From an uncultured Bacteroidota bacterium (lineage in GTDB: Bacteria > Bacteroidota > Bacteroidia > UBA4408): DNA of 64,000 nucleotides. The position numbers were made by a program, and so were the translations under genes. The notes under the pieces are model-generated. The model made no database searches, was not told the DNA's origin, and worked only from the letters and a program-made list of their open reading frames with translations. The DNA lies in the NCBI GenBank assembly GCA_903831265.1, contig CAIKXD010000028.1:9414-73413 (forward strand). Reading direction: 5' to 3'. Position 1 is the first letter of the stretch, and every line of letters begins with the position of its first letter. Below, piece by piece: positions 19,212 to 28,773 of the stretch.

Positions 19212-22200
19212 ATGAAAAATTACTGCTTTAAATCACTTTTATTTACATTCTTTTTACTGCAAATTAGTGCACATGTTTACTCACAAAACGGAAATATATC
19301 TGGTAAAATAATTGACAAATTAACCGGTGAAGAAATCATTGGAGCTGTTGTAAAAATAGACAGCACAAATACTGCTACTTCAACTGATTTAAGTGGCAAC
19401 TACAATTTAAAAGTACCCGCAGGCAACCATACAATTGTATGCAACTTTATAAGTTACAGAAAAATTATTGTAAAAAATGTATCAGTTAAAGCAGGAGAAA
19501 GCATCACACTTGATTTTACTTTAGAATCTGATAATGTAGAAATTAAAGAAGTAGTAATTGAAGCTGTGCAACAAAGAAACACAGATGCATCTTTAATCTC
19601 CATTCAAAAAAAATCATTCGCTGTGCAAGATGGTATTTCGGCACAACAAATGGCACGCACGGGCAGCAGCAATGCTGCAGAATCAATGAAACAAATGACT
19701 GGCGCCAATGTAGAAGATGGCAAATTTATGGTAATGCGCGGGCTAGGCGATAGATATTCTATTGCACAATTAAACGGACTTCCAATTCCAAGTAGTGACC
19801 CTTATCGCAATGCATCTAGTTTAGATTTAATTCCTTCATCATTTGTTGACAATATTGTTACCACAAAAACCTTTACGCCAGATCAACCGGGCAATTTTGC
19901 AGGAGGAAATTTAAATATTAGCACTAAAAGTTTTCCTGAAAAACCTTATGTAACTGTAAACATTTCACAATCAATGAATACGCTTTCTTCTATGAATGGC
20001 GATTTTCTTAGTTATCAAGGTGGAAGCACAGACTGGAGAGGAGTTGATGATGATACTAGAAAAGTACCTTTGATTGCTTTAAATGATTCGATCAGAGATA
20101 TGATTAATTCAAGTTTATACCTTGATGCACGCAAAAAAAGCAAAGACTTTGAAATAGAAAGACAACTGTTTAATAGCTCGGCTAAAGTTTTTAGCAATGA
20201 ATTTATTGCAGAAAAAACTGGTGAAGCAAATAACGAAAGCGGTGTGGGATATCAATTAAGGCAAGCATTTGGTTTAAATAATAATTATAATAAAACCCCC
20301 TTAAACAACAACTACAGCCTTGCAGCTGGACAAAGGTATGTGATTGGAAAAACCGAAATTGGGATGACAATTGGAGGAAATTATCAAAGAAATTTTACAC
20401 ATTATAACGATGGAGAAATAAATACCTTCATCAACACCAATACCGAAAAATTATTTGCGTACCAAGCACTTAAAGAAACTAAAAGTATTGATAATCCTCA
20501 ACTTGGAGGACTAGCTAATTTAGCAGTAAAGATTGCTAAAAAACACACAATCGGTATAACTGGTATTTACAGCAATGATGCAGAAAAAGTTGCACGTCAG
20601 CAATCTGGTACTTTTATGGGACAAGTATCAGATTCACGCGCTCAATTTAATACCAATGTATTAGAATTTACACAAAGAGAATTAAAGACACTTGTTGTTA
20701 ATGGAAGCCACAGTTTTAAACTATTAAATGGTTTAGATATCGATTGGTCGGCAAGTAATACCAATACACGCCAATACGAGCCAGATTTGCGTTATTTTGC
20801 TTATACCTCTGTTAAAGATACTGCCGATTCGGTTGGTGCAAATGGTGATTTAGTAAGATACCTCGATACTGCTTATTACATGAACAATGCTGAGTTTGCA
20901 TTTCCATATCACTTTTATAGAGATTTAAAAGATAGTCAACAACAAGCAAAAATTGATTTTACATTAAACATTAATAAGTCGCAAAGCTTTAAAATAAAGT
21001 GGGGTGGATATTACAGTTCAACTAAAAGAAAATTCGAGGAGTATCGCTTTCAAATGAACAACTCGGGCATTCAATCTTCACAAAAGTTATTGTTAGATAA
21101 TTACAATGGCGATTTAAATGCATTTTTAGATAGTGATAATTTTGGCATTACCGATACAACTAGAAACTCGCAAGGTGCTATCACAAGATATGCTACAGGC
21201 TGGCATTACATCAATCAAGTTAACAACAGAAACTTTTATACGGGCCAACAAGATATTACTGCAGCCTACGCCATGACAGTATTTTCACCACTTAAAAATT
21301 TAAAAATAATTACAGGTGCGCGCATCGAAAGTACCAACTTAAATGTAGCAAGCCGCGATACAAATGCCATATTTTATTCAATTAATGGCGATAGTATTAT
21401 CGATCCAGGTAAGCTAAAATTATTAGATCTTTTACCATCTATAAATACTGTTTATGCTTTAACCGAAAAATCTAACTTAAGATTGGCATTTAGTCAAACA
21501 ATTGCACGTCCAAACATGAGAGAATTAGCTCCTTTCGAGCAGTTTGATACAAAAAATGGTTTTTACAACGTGGGTAATCCAGGCTTAAAAAGAACCTTAA
21601 TTAATAACTTCGATATTCGTTATGAGTTTTACACACGTCCTGGAGAAATAATTGCCGTAAGTGCTTACTATAAAACCTTTAAAGATCCTATCATTAGAGC
21701 ATTTAATCCTAAGGCAACTATACCAGAGCTTAGCTTTGTAAATGTTGATAAAGCAGAAGTATTAGGTGCCGAATTCGAATTCAGAAAAAGCTTAGATTTT
21801 ATTTCCCCTTTCTTGCACGATTTTTACATAAATACCAACTTAACTTTAATCAATTCTCGTGTTGATATTCCAGTAAAAGAAATTGAAAATTCTAAAAATG
21901 TTGACTCAACTTATGCTGTAGAAAGCCGCCCGTTTCAAGGACAAGCGCCTTACATTGTAAATGCTATTTTAACCTATGCCAATCCTAAAATTGGTCACGA
22001 AAGTTCACTATCATTCAACGTATCTGGACCAAAATTATACAGCATTTCATTATTTGCCACGCCCGATATTTATGAATCACCAGTGCCATTTTTAAATTTT
22101 AAAACCACTCAAAATGTGGGTAAATACTGGCAATTTTCGCTAGTTATGCGCAATTTATTAAACGCAAAAGTGTCTAAAACGCAAGTTTACCGTGGCCAAA

Positions 22201-22268
22201 CCTATTATGCCGAAACATTTCAAATTGGAAGAACATTTGGCTTAGGAGTAAGCTTTAAAATCAAATAA
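19212..22268 (+). CDS. TonB-dependent receptor, paralog of 10962..14021
   Basis: N-terminal GKIIDK.TGEEIIGA; plug MRGLGDRY, LDLIPSSFVDNI..KTFTPDQPGNFAGG; TIARPNMREL; QGQAPYIVN. Confidence 0.92.
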   Translation: MKNYCFKSLLFTFFLLQISAHVYSQNGNISGKIIDKLTGEEIIGAVVKIDSTNTATSTDLSGNYNLKVPAGNHTIVCNFISYRKIIVKNVSVKAGESITLDFTLESDNVEIKEVVIEAVQQRNTDASLISIQKKSFAVQDGISAQQMARTGSSNAAESMKQMTGANVEDGKFMVMRGLGDRYSIAQLNGLPIPSSDPYRNASSLDLIPSSFVDNIVTTKTFTPDQPGNFAGGNLNISTKSFPEKPYVTVNISQSMNTLSSMNGDFLSYQGGSTDWRGVDDDTRKVPLIALNDSIRDMINSSLYLDARKKSKDFEIERQLFNSSAKVFSNEFIAEKTGEANNESGVGYQLRQAFGLNNNYNKTPLNNNYSLAAGQRYVIGKTEIGMTIGGNYQRNFTHYNDGEINTFINTNTEKLFAYQALKETKSIDNPQLGGLANLAVKIAKKHTIGITGIYSNDAEKVARQQSGTFMGQVSDSRAQFNTNVLEFTQRELKTLVVNGSHSFKLLNGLDIDWSASNTNTRQYEPDLRYFAYTSVKDTADSVGANGDLVRYLDTAYYMNNAEFAFPYHFYRDLKDSQQQAKIDFTLNINKSQSFKIKWGGYYSSTKRKFEEYRFQMNNSGIQSSQKLLLDNYNGDLNAFLDSDNFGITDTTRNSQGAITRYATGWHYINQVNNRNFYTGQQDITAAYAMTVFSPLKNLKIITGARIESTNLNVASRDTNAIFYSINGDSIIDPGKLKLLDLLPSINTVYALTEKSNLRLAFSQTIARPNMRELAPFEQFDTKNGFYNVGNPGLKRTLINNFDIRYEFYTRPGEIIAVSAYYKTFKDPIIRAFNPKATIPELSFVNVDKAEVLGAEFEFRKSLDFISPFLHDFYINTNLTLINSRVDIPVKEIENSKNVDSTYAVESRPFQGQAPYIVNAILTYANPKIGHESSLSFNVSGPKLYSISLFATPDIYESPVPFLNFKTTQNVGKYWQFSLVMRNLLNAKVSKTQVYRGQTYYAETFQIGRTFGLGVSFKIK

Positions 22269-22276
22269 ATTAGTTT

Positions 22277-22372
22277 CCCCAACCTGAGCAAAGCTAAAGA
22301 GGGCAATCCCATCGCTTTGCTCAGGGCCGGGCCATCCGCGCTACACGGTAGCTTGCTCCTGTCCCTATTGCA
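22277..22372 (+). ncRNA. Structured intergenic element, Flavo-1-RNA-like, copy 1
   Basis: 12-bp hairpin then GGCCGGGCCATCCGCGCTACACGGTAGCTTGCTCCTGTCCCT; homologous to 48774..48862 with covariation. Confidence 0.6.
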
Positions 22373-22400
22373 AATCAATTAACACAACACAATAAATATT

Positions 22401-22470
22401 CTGGCGCGAGTCATCTGAGACTTGTGCCTATTCAAATTATACCAGCACAAGTCTTCAGGCTCATATACCC
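22401..22470. repeat. REP-like imperfect palindrome doublet
   Basis: GGCGCGAGTC-N6-GACTTGTGCC hairpin, then an inverted degenerate copy GCACAAGTCTTCAGGCTC. Confidence 0.4.
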
Positions 22471-22595
22471 ATTACATTTTCAATTTAGTCCAATTGCGGC
22501 CAAGCCTTATTGTACTAGTTTCAAGTTGTATCGGCATTAACCATTGTAAATTTATTAAACAGCTTTGGGCTATTTAATAAATACAATCGGTATTA
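22463..22595. mobile_element. ~130-bp MITE-like element (IS4-like ends), copy A
   Basis: Its reverse complement aligns end to end with 24115..24244; imperfect TIRs. Confidence 0.7.
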
Positions 22596-22779
22596 TACCA
22601 TTACTTGCGTAAAATTAGTCCAATCCGTTTCTTCTACAATGCACATAGAGTAGCTCTTATGGCGTAATTCATTGAACTATTTCAGTAAACACATAGGTAT
22701 TAATTTGCAATTAAAAAAATAGACCTAATTTATTCCCTAATTTTTAGTATTTTTGAGAATCAAAACTTATTTAACCCAA

Positions 22780-24024
22780 ATGAAAAAAATATTTACACTA
22801 GTATTGCTAGCATTAGCATTTGAAAATTCAAATGCACAAAATTGTATCGAAAACACCAATAGCATTAGCTTTGATGGTTTTAGCACGAGTGCTACATCTA
22901 GCAGTCAAAGCAACCTGAATATTACCGATTCCATTACTGTAGAAGCATGGATCAATCCAAATTCCTTTGGCTTTAATTCGGCTCAAAACTCTATTGTTTG
23001 CAAACACGGATGGAGCAGTGGCGAAGGTGGCTTTGTATTACGCTGTGGTGGTTCTGGTGAATTAGCTTTTAATATTGCTGGCCTTGATATCAATCAAAAT
23101 CCAACAAGTTGGAAAGAAGTATTTACACCAACTAACGCTTTAACACTTAATACCTGGACTCATGTTGCTGGTTCATACGATGGTCAAAATTTAAGGGTGT
23201 TTGTTAATGGTGTTGAACAAAATATTGCACCTTTTGCAGGAAGTATTGCAAATTCGCAAAATTATCCAATAACCTTAGGCAAACTAAGCGACCCTAACCA
23301 GTTTGCTCAACGCTTCTTCGATGGAAAAATGGATGAAGTACGCATTTGGCACCGTGCGCTAACAGCCAATGAATTAATGGCTAATATGAATAAACATATT
23401 GATCCTACAACAGCAGTTAACTTAGTTTCTTATTGGCGTTTTAATGAAGGTACAGGAAATACTAGTATTGACTTACAAAGTACAAACGATTTAACCGTTA
23501 ATGGTAATAATTGGGATATTTCGGTTCCTTTTAATCAAGTTCCTCCTACCCCTGTAATTTCTTTTAATGGCTTTGAATTAATTGCATCAACCACAGGTGG
23601 AAATTGGTATTTAAATGGCAACATAATTCCTAATGCTATTGATAGCAATTATACACCTGCAGTAAATGGTGATTATACTTTTACAACCAATCCAAATAGC
23701 GATGGATGCACCAATACTAGTTTAATTTACACTCTAACAAGTGTGGGTATGCAAAATCTAAATTTCAATATCACGGCAAATGTTTTCCCTAATCCAATAA
23801 TAGATGAAGCAACACTTGCAGTAAATTCAAATGTAATATTAAACAATAGCATTTTGGTTATTACCGATATCGCAGGTCGAAAAGTTTATGCTGAAAATAC
23901 CGCTTTAAAACAAGGCTTAAATCAAGTAAAGATTTCCAAAAACAACTTAAATTCAGGCGTCTATTTTTACGAAATTTTAAATAATAGCCAAAGTTTAACC
24001 AAAGGCAAATTGATGTTAAAATAA
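22780..24024 (+). CDS. LamG-like jellyroll domain protein with T9SS type-A CTD
   Basis: ITVEAWINP, WTHVAGSYDG..LRVFVNG, FDGKMDEVRIW.RAL, LVSYWRFNEGTG; VFPNP..SGVYFY; start at MKKIF (22780). Confidence 0.9.
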   Translation: MKKIFTLVLLALAFENSNAQNCIENTNSISFDGFSTSATSSSQSNLNITDSITVEAWINPNSFGFNSAQNSIVCKHGWSSGEGGFVLRCGGSGELAFNIAGLDINQNPTSWKEVFTPTNALTLNTWTHVAGSYDGQNLRVFVNGVEQNIAPFAGSIANSQNYPITLGKLSDPNQFAQRFFDGKMDEVRIWHRALTANELMANMNKHIDPTTAVNLVSYWRFNEGTGNTSIDLQSTNDLTVNGNNWDISVPFNQVPPTPVISFNGFELIASTTGGNWYLNGNIIPNAIDSNYTPAVNGDYTFTTNPNSDGCTNTSLIYTLTSVGMQNLNFNITANVFPNPIIDEATLAVNSNVILNNSILVITDIAGRKVYAENTALKQGLNQVKISKNNLNSGVYFYEILNNSQSLTKGKLMLK

Positions 24025-24044
24025 TAAATAGTTAATTCTTATAC

Positions 24045-24082
24045 ATAAAAGCGCTTTGTAAATCTTAGCGCTTTTATTTTTT
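24045..24082 (+). terminator. Intrinsic terminator
   Basis: ATAAAAGCGCT...AGCGCTTTTAT followed by a T-run. Confidence 0.65.
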
Positions 24083-24114
24083 CCTTACATAGGGTTTTAC
24101 TTTTTATACCAATG

Positions 24115-24244
24115 TAATACCAATTGCATTAATTTTTTAGTCCAACTAAAAATAAATTTGCAATGTTTAATGTCAATACTATTTGGAATTAGCACAATAA
24201 GGCTTTAATACAATTCGTCTAAGTTGAAAGTGTAATCGGCATTA
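24115..24244. mobile_element. 130-bp MITE-like element (IS4-like ends), copy B, overlapping the asnB stop codon
   Basis: Ends TAATACCAATTGCATT and (reverse complement) TAATGCCGATTACACT; homologous to 22463..22595 in inverted orientation. Confidence 0.7.
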
Positions 24245-26230
24245 CATCTCAAAAACTTTCTTCCACACCGCAAAAGCAATAAACTTAAAAGTTCTGGTAT
24301 CATCAGGACCCAAATTATTACTAAACATTTGATCAAAATCGCGGTTTATTTTGTGCATATCAAAGTAATCTTTTAAACTATCATCAAAATATGGGCGCAC
24401 CGCATCTTTTATATTTTTAATCCATTGCGAGTTAGGGGTGGCAAAACCCATTTTATCTTTTCTGTTTAAAATAATATCGGGTACCACACCTCGCATCGAT
24501 TCGCGCAGTATGTGCTTGTTAACTCCATTTTTTATTTTGTAAGATGAAGGCAATTGAAAAGCATATTCAATTAAATTTATATCATCGGCAAAGGGTGTGC
24601 GCGACTCTACGCTATGCCACATACTACAACGGTCTTCGCACTTTAAATAAGCTTTTAAACGTGTATTGGTAAATTCCTGCATCAACATTTTATTGAGATT
24701 TTTTGGCACAGGTTCGCTTTGCAAACGATTTTTATTTTCGTTTAAAAATTGCGAATTTAAATAATATAAATCGCCAAAATAATTTCTATTTATTTGGTAC
24801 TGCACAAAGGCAGGTAACCTACGAATGGTAGAAAAACGCAAATGTTGTTTAGCAAAAAAGCTGTAGCGTAAATGCCAAGGCAAAAAACCTTTCATTTCAC
24901 TGTGTAATTTACCAAATTTAAATTGCTTTAAAATTTCGGCCCAATAGTTATACATGTAGCTGTGATAGCCACCAAACAATTCATCTCCACCTTGGCCATC
25001 TAAAACTACTTTAACACCTGCTTCTTTGGCCTTTTGCATTACTCTGTATTGCGCATAAGTACTGGTGCTCCAAATAGGTACATCCTGACAATAAATTAAA
25101 TTTTCAAGATCGCTAACTAATTCATCAGAATTAGGAAAAACACGGTAAAAAGCGCTATTAGTTTGCTCTGCCACGCGCGCTGCAAATGGACTTTCATCAA
25201 TAGTAATATCATTAAAAGAGGCGGTAAACAAGTTAATTTTTTCTTTAACACCACTTTCTTTATTTAAATTATCCATCAACGAAACAATGGCGCTACTATC
25301 AATTCCTCCACTCAAACATGCACCCACACTAACATCGGCTCTAAGGCGGAGTTTTACGGCATTGATTAGAAGCTCAGCTACCCGATCTTTTGCTACAATA
25401 AATTTTTCTTCTTCATAACTTTCATACCTGGCATTTGTTTCTAAAACATAATATCTATCAACATTAAAGTTACCCGTATTTACATGCAATTCAAAACTAT
25501 GTGCTGGAAAAAGTTCATTAATGTGTTTAAAAAAACTCAATGTTTCATATTCTATTTCACCTTTTACGAAGTAGTCGTAAACGGCTTCTTGCCTTATGCC
25601 TGTTTGTATGAATGGCATTTTTACTAAAGCTTTTTGCTCTGAGGCAAAGGCAAAAACATCTTTATCTTTATAGTAATAAAATGGCTTAACTCCAAAGCGA
25701 TCGCGTGCGCCAAAAAGTATATTTTTTGTTTTGTCGAAAATTACAAAAGCCCACATTCCATTGAACTTCTGTAAGCATTTTTTACCCCAAACTTTATAGG
25801 CAAAAAGTACCACTTCGGTATCGCTTTCTGATTTAAAAATACAACCTTTATCTTGGAGTTCTTTTCTAATTTCAATGTAGTTGTATATCTCGCCATTAAA
25901 GGTAATCCACAAATTGCCCTCATCAATACACATAGGTTGATGCCCGCTTGCATTTAAATCAATAATCGAAAGTCTGCGATGAAGCAACACCATATCGTAA
26001 GCCTCATTAGCTTCATTAATATTAATCTGCGAAGCGTAATCTAATTGATTTTGAATACATGCTTGTGGGGTATCATTACCAAAGGCTGTTGTTGTTTTTT
26101 GTTGGTGATGCAATAAATAGCCTTCACCATCAGGTCCACGGTGCGCAATCAATTTATTTAATAAAATAGCCGATGATTTGATATCATTTACTTGCTTATT
26201 AAATCTTACTATGCCGCCAATACCACACAT
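24242..26230 (-). CDS. asnB: Asparagine synthase (glutamine-hydrolysing) family amidotransferase
   Basis: MCGI N-terminus, HRGPDG, HRRLSIID, FNGEIYN, RDRFGVKP, LSGGIDSS, GQGGDELFGGY. Confidence 0.92.
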   Translation of the reverse strand: MCGIGGIVRFNKQVNDIKSSAILLNKLIAHRGPDGEGYLLHHQQKTTTAFGNDTPQACIQNQLDYASQININEANEAYDMVLLHRRLSIIDLNASGHQPMCIDEGNLWITFNGEIYNYIEIRKELQDKGCIFKSESDTEVVLFAYKVWGKKCLQKFNGMWAFVIFDKTKNILFGARDRFGVKPFYYYKDKDVFAFASEQKALVKMPFIQTGIRQEAVYDYFVKGEIEYETLSFFKHINELFPAHSFELHVNTGNFNVDRYYVLETNARYESYEEEKFIVAKDRVAELLINAVKLRLRADVSVGACLSGGIDSSAIVSLMDNLNKESGVKEKINLFTASFNDITIDESPFAARVAEQTNSAFYRVFPNSDELVSDLENLIYCQDVPIWSTSTYAQYRVMQKAKEAGVKVVLDGQGGDELFGGYHSYMYNYWAEILKQFKFGKLHSEMKGFLPWHLRYSFFAKQHLRFSTIRRLPAFVQYQINRNYFGDLYYLNSQFLNENKNRLQSEPVPKNLNKMLMQEFTNTRLKAYLKCEDRCSMWHSVESRTPFADDINLIEYAFQLPSSYKIKNGVNKHILRESMRGVVPDIILNRKDKMGFATPNSQWIKNIKDAVRPYFDDSLKDYFDMHKINRDFDQMFSNNLGPDDTRTFKFIAFAVWKKVFEM

Positions 26231-26232
26231 TT

Positions 26233-27492
26233 TTACCTCAGTTTATTTTTAAATTTTTCAAAAACTAATTTTACATCTGCTTTATTTGGAAGTAATTGAT
26301 GCGCTTTCCAGTGGTGCTCTTTTAAAAACAAACGTACAAAATAAATCATTGCCACTATGGCGCTGGCACTTATGATGAAGCCTGGCAATAGTATTGATGA
26401 AGTTTTTAAATAAAGTATCCCAGCAAAAATAGAAACAGCCAATGATAGAAATCCTACCGCTGCATTTATTTTAAACTTACCTAATCCCGAATAATAATGA
26501 CTAATTACCTGGCTAATACTGTTTGCTAATGCACCTGGAATAAGTGTAAGAATTATAATTTTAATTCCGCTAAAATCTTTTCCAAAGATAGTACTCATTA
26601 AAGTTTCGGGAAAAACACTTAATACAAAAAGGATCACAAATGATATAAGTAACGATAACTTAATTAGTTTAAGGGCAGTGCTTGCGGCTTTTAATTTATC
26701 GGTTTCATTAGATACAGTGCTTGCCGTAATTAAAGCCACGCTGCTACTAAATAACATAGCAGCCTCAGTGATAGATAACGCTGTGCTTAACACACCTACA
26801 AAAGCCAACGATAAAAAGTGACTCGAAAAATAAAAGGTAACTCTGCTGCTCATTAAATGTGTTAAGCTAGCCAACTGCGTAAGTATGCCGTTGTTAAATA
26901 AAATTTTAAGCGTTGGTTTTTGAGTTATATTTTCATCATTTTTCCATACAAAAGAAGTATATTTTAATCCTAATAAAAATGCAGCAGCATAAGCAATAAG
27001 CAAGGCGTAGAAATAACTTTGAATTTGGTATTGCTTTTGAAAAATGAAGCTCATAAAAACTAAAAATAATATTACACTTTGGATTAAAGCAATGCTATTA
27101 AAAGCTTTTATTTTTTGATGGCCAAGTAAAATAAATTGATGAATGGAACCTAAACAGAGCATCAAGCTGCACGCAGCAACCAATGGAAAAAACTGAACAT
27201 CATAAAAGTTAAATAGACCTAAAAGCAAACTCGATAAAACACTTATAACTACCGCCCACAAGTAAGCGTATTTTGCAATACTACTATTGTTGAAACGTGG
27301 CACAAGATATACCACTGCCGGGCCACCAATAATTTCGTTAATTAAACCAGCAATAGCAACGGCTAACATACACAAACTAATACTTCCCCTTATTTCTGCG
27401 CCCATTAATTTGGCGGTAATTATAATAATAGCAAAGTTCAAAACAGACACTATTATCCTTGTGAAAAAAGTGCCCGTAATATTTTTTAGCAT
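26233..27492 (-). CDS. Polysaccharide flippase / MOP-superfamily membrane protein
   Basis: About 12 TM helices with a Wzx-like N-terminus (MLKNITGTFFTRII...); start placed at ATG 27492. Confidence 0.75.
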   Translation of the reverse strand: MLKNITGTFFTRIIVSVLNFAIIIITAKLMGAEIRGSISLCMLAVAIAGLINEIIGGPAVVYLVPRFNNSSIAKYAYLWAVVISVLSSLLLGLFNFYDVQFFPLVAACSLMLCLGSIHQFILLGHQKIKAFNSIALIQSVILFLVFMSFIFQKQYQIQSYFYALLIAYAAAFLLGLKYTSFVWKNDENITQKPTLKILFNNGILTQLASLTHLMSSRVTFYFSSHFLSLAFVGVLSTALSITEAAMLFSSSVALITASTVSNETDKLKAASTALKLIKLSLLISFVILFVLSVFPETLMSTIFGKDFSGIKIIILTLIPGALANSISQVISHYYSGLGKFKINAAVGFLSLAVSIFAGILYLKTSSILLPGFIISASAIVAMIYFVRLFLKEHHWKAHQLLPNKADVKLVFEKFKNKLR

Positions 27493-27612
27493 GCGTTTTT
27501 GTTGTGATAAATAATAATAACGCAAAAAAAGACAATTTCTTTAACAGTGTGCGCATTATGTAGCTTTAATTTAGCGAATAAAACTAATTTTGCCAAATAT
27601 TGATTAAATAAT

Positions 27613-28755
27613 ATGTCATTTAAAACTACAACTTTAGGTATTTTAGGCGGTGGGCAACTTGGTAAAATGCTTATACAGGAAGCTGTGAACTTAAATATTG
27701 AATTATTTGTTTTGGATCCCGACCAACATGCGCCTTGTAAACATTTAGTTCCTCATTTTACTTGTGGCAGTTTGCAGGATTTTAATACAGTTTATGAATT
27801 TGGCAAACAGGTAGAAGTGCTTACCATTGAAATTGAGCACGTAAATGTGGACGCACTTTTTAAATTGGAAGAAGAAGGCGTTAAAGTTTTTCCACAGCCT
27901 AAGGTGTTGAAAATGGTTCAAGATAAAGGCGCACAAAAAGTATTTTATAAAGAAAATAATATACCAACAGCCCCATTTTTTTTAACGAACGATAAAGCTG
28001 AAAGTTTGCAAATATGGCAACAACAAGGCAAAGCATTTATGCAAAAGTTGCGCAAAGGCGGTTACGATGGAAAAGGAGTAACTAAACTCAGCCATGAGGC
28101 TGATTTGCAAAATGCATTTGATGCACCATGCGTAATGGAACTGTTGGTTAATTTTAAAAAAGAAATTGCAGTTATTGTTGCTCGCAATACCAAAGGCGAA
28201 TTGGCTGTTTATGATGTGGTAGAAATGGACTTTAATCCACAACAAAATTTGGTAGAGTTTTTACAAATGCCTGCCAATGTTTCTAAATCTGTTGAAAGTG
28301 AAGCTAAAGCAATTGCGCAAAAAGTTGCAGAAAAGGCGGATATTATTGGCATTTTGGCCGTAGAAATGTTTTTAACACATGATGATGAAATTTTAGTAAA
28401 TGAAATTGCACCACGTGCACACAACAGTGGCCATCAAACCATAGAAGGCTGCAGAACATCGCAATACGCGCAACATTTACGCGCTATTTTAAATTTACCA
28501 TTAGGTAATACCACATGCCATACGCCATCTATTATGGTAAATTTACTGGGCGCAGCAGGTCAAACAGGTGATGCTATTTATGAAGGTTTGGAAGAAGCAA
28601 TGCAATTACCAAATGTATATGTACATTTATATGGAAAAAAAACTACCAAACCATACCGTAAAATGGGCCATGTAACTATTTTGCATGAAAACATTGAGGA
28701 GGCCATAAAAAATGCACGATTGGTTCAAAGTATATTAAAAGTTACATCTTTGTAA
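27613..28755 (+). CDS. purK: N5-carboxyaminoimidazole ribonucleotide synthase
   Basis: GILGGGQLGKM, GGYDGKG, NEIAPRAHNSGH, HLYGK...RKMGHVT. Confidence 0.97.
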   Translation: MSFKTTTLGILGGGQLGKMLIQEAVNLNIELFVLDPDQHAPCKHLVPHFTCGSLQDFNTVYEFGKQVEVLTIEIEHVNVDALFKLEEEGVKVFPQPKVLKMVQDKGAQKVFYKENNIPTAPFFLTNDKAESLQIWQQQGKAFMQKLRKGGYDGKGVTKLSHEADLQNAFDAPCVMELLVNFKKEIAVIVARNTKGELAVYDVVEMDFNPQQNLVEFLQMPANVSKSVESEAKAIAQKVAEKADIIGILAVEMFLTHDDEILVNEIAPRAHNSGHQTIEGCRTSQYAQHLRAILNLPLGNTTCHTPSIMVNLLGAAGQTGDAIYEGLEEAMQLPNVYVHLYGKKTTKPYRKMGHVTILHENIEEAIKNARLVQSILKVTSL

Positions 28756-28773
28756 AAAATTAAACATAAAACA

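Noticed and set aside
2530..22268. Classical SusC/SusD polysaccharide utilisation locus, prophage or defence island
   Set aside because: No SusD, glycoside hydrolase, HTCS, phage, integrase or nuclease genes; the receptors lack SusC-type motifs
22470..22680. Stop-riddled minus-strand reading frame suggesting a pseudogene
   Set aside because: Better explained by the MITE copy that aligns with 24115-24244
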